4,083 nucleotides of DNA from a virus (taxonomy: Duplodnaviria; Heunggongvirae; Uroviricota; Caudoviricetes): the IMG/VR virus record IMGVR_UViG_2606217102_000012; one strand, 5' to 3'. The position numbers were made by a program, and so were the translations under genes. Shown one piece after another: positions 1 to 4,083 of this stretch (within the stretch, counting starts at the first letter, position 1; every line of letters starts with the position of its first letter). Below the pieces are notes generated by a model. The model saw only the letters and a list, made by a program, of their open reading frames with translations, was not told the origin of the DNA and made no database searches.

Positions 1-99
1 GGACAATTCCCATCACGGCGTAAACTCGGCGGTCGTTCCGTTGGCTGGTCTTTATCCGAAGTTCTGGCATGGAAGGACAGCCGCGAGGCAGTTCACTAA
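1..99 (+). CDS. alpA: AlpA/Vis-family phage regulatory protein (excisionase-like HTH), C-terminal fragment; 5' end lies outside the window
   Basis: Frame 1 reads GQFPSRRKLGGRSVGWSLSEVLAWKDSREAVH then stop (TAA 97-99). The FPxxRxLGxxSVGWxxxExxxW pattern matches the conserved C-terminus of AlpA-family proteins as recalled from memory (E. coli CP4-57 AlpA ...FPKKRMLGVKSVGWIEAEIDEWL...). Not verified by search. Confidence 0.7.
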   Translation, partial: GQFPSRRKLGGRSVGWSLSEVLAWKDSREAVH

Positions 100-240
100 T
101 CAGGCTGGCGGCGCACCGCCGCCACCCATCCACTAACACAGAGATCTAACCATGAATACTGGATATACGCCCGAACAGGGGCGGGGCTTCGTTCGTCCTG
201 GTGAAACTAAAAAGCCATGTTATCGGGTATTTTCAGGCAT

Positions 241-271
241 AAAAAAAGCGGCCCCGATAAGGAACCGCCTT
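241..271 (-). terminator. second, weaker hairpin plus T-run (possible back-up or bidirectional terminator between alpA and the minus-strand cassette)
   Basis: Imperfect stem GCGG(c)CC (248-254) / GG(a)CCGC (262-268) with a 7-nt loop. On the minus strand it is followed by a run of 7 T (plus-strand A-run 241-247); on the plus strand only by CTTTCT. Stem is short and interrupted. Confidence 0.3.
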
Positions 272-360
272 TCTGAACAATTAACCTGCTGCGAAAAAAA
301 TGGATCAGTGCAGGGGAATTATATCAACCGTGTGGTGAAGCGCCACTATTGCCGGATAAC

Positions 361-393
361 AAGCAAAACAAAGGCGACCGCAAAAGGGTCGCC
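361..393 (-). terminator. Rho-independent terminator candidate for the minus-strand RHH cassette
   Basis: Perfect 7-bp GC-rich inverted repeat GGCGACC (373-379) / GGTCGCC (387-393) with a 7-nt loop. On the minus strand the hairpin is followed immediately by TTTGTTTTGCTT (revcomp of 361-372). It lies 67 nt past the stop of the 460..633 gene. Confidence 0.55.
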
Positions 394-459
394 AGTGGGA
401 ACAAGGGAAAACAAAAGCATCACCAACAATGCCACATTTGCGGCTGGTGGGCAATGCAA

Positions 460-633
460 TCAGTCTGGTTCAGTTCGTTGCCATACCTGCAATGAGCGCT
501 TTTCCCTGTACTCTTTAAGGAATTGCTCAAGGGCAAAAGCACATGGCGCGAATCTTTCTGATTCATGCTCTATCTTTCTGCGCCGTCTTTTCCGTGTCGG
601 TGATAATGTTTTGGTCAATTCTTTATCGGTCAT
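460..633 (-). CDS. small highly basic hypothetical protein (57 aa; 62 aa if the upstream ATG at 648 is used), second gene of the RHH cassette
   Basis: Minus-strand ORF in tandem with the RHH gene (42-57 nt gap). The ATG at 633..631 has a weak AGGG SD-like sequence 7 nt upstream; stop TGA at 462..460. Product MTDKELTKTLSPTRKRRRRKIEHESERFAPCAFALEQFLKEYREKRSLQVWQRTEPD, with an R/K-rich stretch (TRKRRRRK). Followed 67 nt downstream by a hairpin plus T-tract. No family recognised. Confidence 0.45.
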   Translation of the reverse strand: MTDKELTKTLSPTRKRRRRKIEHESERFAPCAFALEQFLKEYREKRSLQVWQRTEPD

Positions 634-690
634 TGTGTTGCCCTGCATAGCAATGCGCCGTAGTTACTCACACCACGGCGCTGGTGATGG

Positions 691-870
691 TTACTCCTGC
701 TCTTTGGCCTTGCGACGCTGGCGGCGTTTGATCTCGCCTTTTGCGGCAGTAACTAAAAAACCAGCGGTACTTTCGCCAGGTTCTTTAAGTTGCTCAATAT
801 CATCCATTACTTCATGTGGGATTCTGACAGTTGTCATTTGTGATTTTGCGTTCTTTGCACCAGTTGCCAT
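691..870 (-). CDS. Arc/MetJ-type ribbon-helix-helix DNA-binding protein (59 aa), candidate element repressor or antitoxin-like regulator
   Basis: Minus-strand ATG at 870..868 preceded by AGGAGA (revcomp of 876-881) at good spacing; stop TAA at 693..691. Product MATGAKNAKSQMTTVRIPHEVMDDIEQLKEPGESTAGFLVTAAKGEIKRRQRRKAKEQE. The segment VRIPHEVMDDIEQL...GESTAGFLVTAAKGEI follows the Arc-repressor RHH pattern (beta-strand R-x-P-x-E-hydrophobic, then two helices). The six-frame track extends this ORF to 1038, but that N-terminal extension has no RBS and overlaps the promoter region. Confidence 0.65.
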   Translation of the reverse strand: MATGAKNAKSQMTTVRIPHEVMDDIEQLKEPGESTAGFLVTAAKGEIKRRQRRKAKEQE

Positions 871-891
871 TTCTGGATCTCCTAAAAATTG

Positions 892-984
892 GTGTATGTC
901 AGTATACGCAAAAAAAATGATAAAAAAAGGCTTGAAGTGTATTTCACCAGTGAGTAAATTAAAAAGCAAAGGTGAAATACACCT
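892..984. promoter_or_regulatory. divergent promoter/operator region between the minus-strand RHH gene and the plus-strand small-gene/rep operon
   Basis: Perfect 12-bp inverted repeat GTGTATTTCACC (937-948) / GGTGAAATACAC (971-982) separated by a 22-bp AT-rich spacer, plus another GTGTAT at 892-897. A-tracts at 909-929. Candidate sigma70-like elements: plus-strand TTGAAG (932-937), 17 bp, TAAATT (955-960); minus-strand -10-like TATACT (revcomp of 901-906). Promoter hexamers are weak matches and unverified. Confidence 0.4.
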
Positions 985-1063
985 AAAAGAGCAACGCCCC
1001 GCAGTGCTCGCAACACATGCAGGGCGTCTAACCACCAACGATAACGAGAGTATCGAGGTAGCT

Positions 1064-1270
1064 ATGAGAAATTATACCAGACACCCGCAAGGGCGGGACT
1101 CGTACAACCTGAATAAATACATCTGGCGTTTTATCGCCCTGAGCACGGCACAACCGCGCGTGATTACCATTGAGGCCACCAGCGAACAGGAAGCGCGTCA
1201 GCAATCTCCTGATGGCTGCGTGATGGTATTCGCTGCCCGTATTCGCCAGGGGGAAACCTATGCACAATAA
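1064..1270 (+). CDS. small hypothetical protein (68 aa), tentatively Icd-like (host cell division inhibitor family); first gene of the plus-strand operon
   Basis: ATG 1064 preceded by GAGG (1055-1058) with 5-nt spacing; stop TAA 1268-1270. Product MRNYTRHPQGRDSYNLNKYIWRFIALSTAQPRVITIEATSEQEARQQSPDGCVMVFAARIRQGETYAQ. The ...EAxSEQEAR...FAAR... C-terminal pattern resembles what I recall of Icd-like small proteins in P4-like/satellite islands; family assignment is from memory only. These are the last 68 codons of the otherwise spurious 152..1270 ORF. Confidence 0.5.
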   Translation: MRNYTRHPQGRDSYNLNKYIWRFIALSTAQPRVITIEATSEQEARQQSPDGCVMVFAARIRQGETYAQ

Positions 1271-1496
1271 AACCACACCGGACGCAGCCGCCGAAGCCAT
1301 CAAAACGCTGATGCACGCGCTGATTGATATTTCTGTTATCGCAGACAAGGCGCATAAGCACGCCACCAGCGAAACAGAATATGCCGGGGCTTTCGTTCCT
1401 CACTCACTGGCTCTTATGCAATTTAGTGCTGATATGGCGCTGAATGAGGCAGGCAAAATTCTTACCGCAGATATTCAGGGGGTGCACCATGCATGA
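1260..1496 (+). CDS. hypothetical protein (78 aa)
   Basis: ATG 1260 preceded by GGGGG (1250-1254); overlaps the upstream gene by 11 nt, suggesting translational coupling. Stop TGA 1494-1496. Product MHNKTTPDAAAEAIKTLMHALIDISVIADKAHKHATSETEYAGAFVPHSLALMQFSADMALNEAGKILTADIQGVHHA. No family recognised. Confidence 0.5.
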   Translation: MHNKTTPDAAAEAIKTLMHALIDISVIADKAHKHATSETEYAGAFVPHSLALMQFSADMALNEAGKILTADIQGVHHA

Positions 1497-1716
1497 TGAC
1501 CGTTATCTTAAATCAATGAGCCATGCAGAAAACGCACTGACTAACAGTGAATGTTTGAGGCAAATATTTCTTATCTGGCTTGATGGTTTAAGTGATGCGC
1601 CGGAAGATGAGCGTGAGTCTAATCTTGCTGGTGCGTTTATTTCATTACTCGATACGGTAATCGTCGAATTAAATAAAGCGATCGAAATTCACGATAAAAA
1701 AATAAACGCGGAATAA
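1489..1716 (+). CDS. hypothetical acidic protein (75 aa)
   Basis: ATG 1489 preceded by AGGGGG (1477-1482) with 6-nt spacing; overlaps the upstream stop in ATGCATGA (1489-1496). Stop TAA 1714-1716. The track's upstream ATG at 1444 has no SD. Product MHDDRYLKSMSHAENALTNSECLRQIFLIWLDGLSDAPEDERESNLAGAFISLLDTVIVELNKAIEIHDKKINAE. Confidence 0.5.
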   Translation: MHDDRYLKSMSHAENALTNSECLRQIFLIWLDGLSDAPEDERESNLAGAFISLLDTVIVELNKAIEIHDKKINAE

Positions 1717-1721
1717 AAACC

Positions 1722-2009
1722 ATGAAAAATAAAAATTCTGGCTTTACTGCCAGCGGCCCCGCTCGGCCTGAAATCCGCCCCGGCGATATTTTCCGGGATA
1801 ACTATGGCGGCACGGTAACGATAAAAGGCGTGGCAGAACGGCGCATCACTTACCGCCGTGATGGCTACGAATATGACTGCGTGATGCCTGTTTATCAGTT
1901 CCGGCGTGATTTCACGCTGGTGGGCCATCGTAAAGCCGTAAATCAGAAACGTGCAGCAAGTCATATCCGCAAAATTCGTGAAATGCTGGTCGCAGGGGGT
2001 AAAAAATGA
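1722..2009 (+). CDS. hypothetical basic protein (95 aa), translationally coupled to the downstream helicase gene
   Basis: ATG 1722 begins 6 nt after the upstream stop; its stop TGA (2007-2009) overlaps the ATG of the rep gene (2006-2008) in ATGA. Product MKNKNSGFTASGPARPEIRPGDIFRDNYGGTVTIKGVAERRITYRRDGYEYDCVMPVYQFRRDFTLVGHRKAVNQKRAASHIRKIREMLVAGGKK. No family recognised. Confidence 0.55.
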   Translation: MKNKNSGFTASGPARPEIRPGDIFRDNYGGTVTIKGVAERRITYRRDGYEYDCVMPVYQFRRDFTLVGHRKAVNQKRAASHIRKIREMLVAGGKK

Positions 2010-3412
2010 AACTGGCACCGAACGTAAAACTGTTACCGAAAGATAAACACACTGAGGCGGTTATTTTTGCGGGTGATAATGCTCACTCCTTTGCAGAACA
2101 TTACATGATTGCACAGGCCAAAAAAGCAGGCGATCCCATCCCTCCGGTTTACCTGGGCCGTTATCAGTTAAGCGAACTGGACAACCTGCAGATTGTTGAT
2201 GAGGGGCGATACAGGGTAACGGTGATACGCGCCGGAAATATTGACGAAGCGCAGCTGTTAACCATAGCGACAAAACTGGCGATCGCCGGAGTCCAGGAAG
2301 CGCGGCTGCTTTCTGAAAACTTCGAATTACTGGAGAAATGGACCGACCAGCTTCCACGGCTACGGGAGACATGGGAGAGAGGGGAAAGCCTGATCATGAA
2401 CGGAGGAAAACAAAAAATCACGCTACCGATTTCATGGGGTTCTGAGGGATTCGACGCGCAGCAAAGCTACGTAATTAAGGGGCTTATTCCGGCTGAATCA
2501 TTATGCAGCACCTACGGGGCCAGCGGTTCTTATAAATCGTTCCTGGCTATTTCCTGGTCGTGCCATGTTGCCACAGGTATGGCATGGGGAGGCCGCAGGG
2601 TAAGTAAGGGCGCGGTTATCTATATCGCTGGCGAAGGCAGTATGGGCGTAAAACGCCGCGTTAAGGCGTGGGAGATAACCCACGACAAGGTGGTTACGGA
2701 TTTGTGCATCGTTAACGCGCCTGTCTTCCCTGCATCGCCTGACTATGTGGAGCAGGTTATCAGGACCGCCGGATTAGTGCAGGACAGAACGGGCGAAAGG
2801 GTGCGGATGATTGTCATTGACACGCTGGCCCGTTGCTTTGGTGGTCATGATGAAAATGACTCCCGCGACATGGGGGCGTTTATCCAGGGGTGTGACGCGA
2901 TAAAGCAGGCCACGGGGGCCACGGTTCTGGTTGTGCATCATTCCGGCAAGGATGAGACGAAAGGGGCGCGGGGTTCCAGTGCATTCCGTGCGGCGCTTGA
3001 TGCTGAGTTCCGAATCAGTCGGGAACATTCAGAGGCTACGGCGCTGGTTGCAGCATGTACGAAGATGAAGGACGCGGAGGAGCCAAAAGAAAGCGCCTAC
3101 GACCTTAAGAGCGTGGAGGTATTTACGGATCCTGAGGGTGAAGAAATCGTGTCCATGGTGGTGATTGACGTTCCCCGCGCCCCTGCTGAACTGGAGCGCA
3201 TAGAGGAGGCCGGGAACAAGACGGAAAATCACACGGCTTTATGGGGTTGTATCCGGTCACGTATACAGCATGGTGATAAATGCACGATCCCGCTGCTACG
3301 TGATGACATGAAAAAGCTGGGATATGACACAAAACACCTTAAACGATGGTTAGCCAAACTGGAAAAAGACGGCGTGATTTGCGTCGATGGGGATGATGTT
3401 CACCCACTGTAA
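2006..3412 (+). CDS. RepA-like RecA-fold (AAA_25-type) ATPase / replicative helicase-initiator of the element (468 aa)
   Basis: Long ORF with SD AGGGGG (1994-1999) 6 nt before the ATG. P-loop-like motif YGASGSYKSFLAI; Walker B / helicase motif RMIVIDTLARCF followed by HDENDSRDM; motif TVLVVHHSGKDETKGARGSSAFRAALDAEFRI typical of RepA/DnaB-like RecA-fold helicases. N-terminal ~150 aa and C-terminal ~90 aa regions (...DDMKKLGYDTKHLKRWLAKLEKDGVI..., possibly winged-helix) are unassigned. Iteron array begins at its stop codon. Confidence 0.85.
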   Translation: MKLAPNVKLLPKDKHTEAVIFAGDNAHSFAEHYMIAQAKKAGDPIPPVYLGRYQLSELDNLQIVDEGRYRVTVIRAGNIDEAQLLTIATKLAIAGVQEARLLSENFELLEKWTDQLPRLRETWERGESLIMNGGKQKITLPISWGSEGFDAQQSYVIKGLIPAESLCSTYGASGSYKSFLAISWSCHVATGMAWGGRRVSKGAVIYIAGEGSMGVKRRVKAWEITHDKVVTDLCIVNAPVFPASPDYVEQVIRTAGLVQDRTGERVRMIVIDTLARCFGGHDENDSRDMGAFIQGCDAIKQATGATVLVVHHSGKDETKGARGSSAFRAALDAEFRISREHSEATALVAACTKMKDAEEPKESAYDLKSVEVFTDPEGEEIVSMVVIDVPRAPAELERIEEAGNKTENHTALWGCIRSRIQHGDKCTIPLLRDDMKKLGYDTKHLKRWLAKLEKDGVICVDGDDVHPL

Positions 3413-3612
3413 AAAGTGGGCGTTAAAAGTGGGAATAGTGGGTAATTTAACTGGAATTTAACAAAATCGCCCACTTTCCCACGTGTATACATCCCAAAAA
3501 GTGGGCACTAAAAAAATTCTTATGAAACAGTACGATATAAAACCACAAAATCCCAGGTGGGACGAAGTGGGAAACCATGAAAAGTGGGTAGAAAAAGTGG
3601 GCGCAGGTGGGC
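3403..3612. repeat. iteron array, candidate origin of replication (ori) of the element
   Basis: Direct copies of (A)AGTGGG ending at 3420, 3433, 3442, 3505, 3571, 3588 and 3601, plus AGGTGGG variants ending at 3561 and 3611. Inverted copies CCCACT at 3403-3408 and 3470-3475, and CCCAC at 3478-3482. Two clusters (3403-3505 and 3555-3612) flank an AT-rich ~45-bp segment (3506-3550). AATTTAAC occurs twice (3444-3451, 3455-3462). Placement directly 3' of the helicase gene matches the rep-ori layout of SaPI/PICI-type elements. Confidence 0.7.
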
Positions 3613-3614
3613 GC

Positions 3615-3866
3615 ATGACCAGAAAAACCAGAGATAAGACAACACCAAAATATCGCGCATTAGACATGACAGAGCACGCCTTAAAGGTGGCAATCAGAAC
3701 GATAGACCGCCACGCCGGAGAAGGATACGCGAAAGCACATCCCGAACTGATAAGCGCATTCATGATCACGGCGGCGGCAAATTTTGCCACACTGACAGAA
3801 CGGGAGATTGCCGAAGCGGAACAGGTGACAACCATCAACGTTAAAACCGGAGAGCAGACAGCATGA
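3615..3866 (+). CDS. hypothetical protein (83 aa); start uncertain
   Basis: ATG 3615 preceded by AGGTGG (3605-3610, itself an iteron variant) with 4-nt spacing; stop TGA 3864-3866 overlaps the next ATG (3863) in ATGA. Product MTRKTRDKTTPKYRALDMTEHALKVAIRTIDRHAGEGYAKAHPELISAFMITAAANFATLTEREIAEAEQVTTINVKTGEQTA. The track's start at 3483 is a GTG and would make the iterons coding, which is judged unlikely. Confidence 0.45.
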   Translation: MTRKTRDKTTPKYRALDMTEHALKVAIRTIDRHAGEGYAKAHPELISAFMITAAANFATLTEREIAEAEQVTTINVKTGEQTA

Positions 3867-4083
3867 CAGCACAGATAGCGGCTTACGGGCGGCTGGTGGC
3901 TGACCCGCAGCTAAAGACCACCAGCAAAGGGACACAAATGGCGATGGCGAGTATGGCGGTTCCCCTGCCATGCAGCCAGGCAGATGACGGAACGGCGACG
4001 ATGTGGTTATCTGTCCTGGCGTTTGGCAGACAGGCCGACGCACTGGCAAAACACCACAAAGGCGAACTGGTGAGCGTGGCGGG
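3863..4083 (+). CDS. SSB-like OB-fold single-stranded DNA-binding protein, N-terminal part (3' end outside window)
   Basis: ATG 3863 with GGAGAG (3849-3854) upstream; open to the window end. Product MTAQIAAYGRLVADPQLKTTSKGTQMAMASMAVPLPCSQADDGTATMWLSVLAFGRQADALAKHHKGELVSVAG. It aligns by eye with the SSB N-terminus (E. coli SSB [29 protein letters not shown] ... [30 protein letters not shown]): G-x-L-x-x-DP-x-h-x-x-T-x-x-G, a W-containing strand, F-G-x-x-A-x-x-h-x-x-h-x-KG-x-x-V-x-h-x-G. Confidence 0.6.
   Translation, partial: MTAQIAAYGRLVADPQLKTTSKGTQMAMASMAVPLPCSQADDGTATMWLSVLAFGRQADALAKHHKGELVSVA

Noticed and set aside
394-399. Isolated AGTGGG next to the terminator hairpin
   Set aside because: A single copy of a 6-mer is expected by chance in 4 kb; no clustering, so it is not taken as a second iteron site.
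871-1038. N-terminal extension of the minus-strand RHH ORF (115-aa version in the track)
   Set aside because: The extension has no RBS and overlaps the divergent promoter and the inverted repeat; the internal ATG at 870 has a strong AGGAGA SD and gives a compact RHH protein.
152-1270. 372-aa plus-strand ORF spanning the alpA-to-rep intergenic region
   Set aside because: It runs antisense through two minus-strand genes that have good RBSs and a terminator, crosses the AT-rich promoter region, and translates to an implausible Cys/Ser/Arg-rich product. Only its last 68 codons (from ATG 1064, which has its own SD) look like a real gene.
1444-1488. Upstream ATG (1444) for the third small gene
   Set aside because: No SD; the ATG at 1489 has AGGGGG at ideal spacing and sits in an ATGCATGA overlap with the upstream stop.
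1028-2018. Minus-strand ORFs 1028..1366, 1164..1403 and 1689..2018
   Set aside because: They lie antisense to the tightly overlapped, SD-bearing plus-strand operon; no recognisable motifs; typical shadow ORFs.
2061-3332. Minus-strand ORFs inside the helicase gene (2061..2372, 2164..2421, 2501..2683, 2774..3028, 3029..3232, 3123..3332)
   Set aside because: Antisense to a 468-aa ORF with clear RecA-fold helicase motifs; products are low-complexity and Pro/Cys/His-rich.
3403-3612. Possible CRISPR array suggested by the short repeats
   Set aside because: Repeat units are only 6-8 bp with irregular spacing of 5-50 bp and occur in both orientations, unlike CRISPR repeats of 28-37 bp with uniform spacers. 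The pattern fits iterons.
3458-4049. Minus-strand ORFs 3458..3838 and 3681..4049
   Set aside because: Antisense to the small ORF and the SSB-like gene, which are linked by an ATGA overlap and carry SD sequences; no recognisable motifs.

Overview
This window looks like the regulatory and replication module of an enterobacterial integrative mobile element (phage-satellite / PICI-like or P4-like island); that assignment is from reading the sequence by eye, with no database search run. No rRNA, tRNA, CRISPR array or transposase is visible. Layout, left to right: (1) the 3' end of an AlpA/Vis-family regulator gene (1-99, +); (2) an oppositely oriented two-gene cassette on the minus strand, a 59-aa Arc-like ribbon-helix-helix protein (870..691) followed by a 57-aa highly basic protein (633..460), ending in a hairpin plus T-tract terminator (about 393..361); (3) a divergent control region (871-1063) with a perfect 12-bp inverted repeat; (4) a plus-strand operon of four small overlapping genes (1064-2009, the first possibly Icd-like) translationally coupled to a 468-aa RepA-like RecA-fold ATPase/helicase (2006-3412); (5) directly 3' of that gene, an array of at least 8 direct and 3 inverted AAGTGGG-type iterons in two clusters flanking an AT-rich spacer (3403-3612), a candidate origin of replication; (6) a small ORF (3615-3866) and the start of an SSB-like OB-fold protein (3863-4083, truncated). 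The most interesting candidates are the rep-iteron origin, the helicase's atypical Walker A, and the minus-strand RHH cassette with its operator-like dyad. The 372-aa plus-strand ORF at 152-1270 is judged spurious apart from its last 68 codons.
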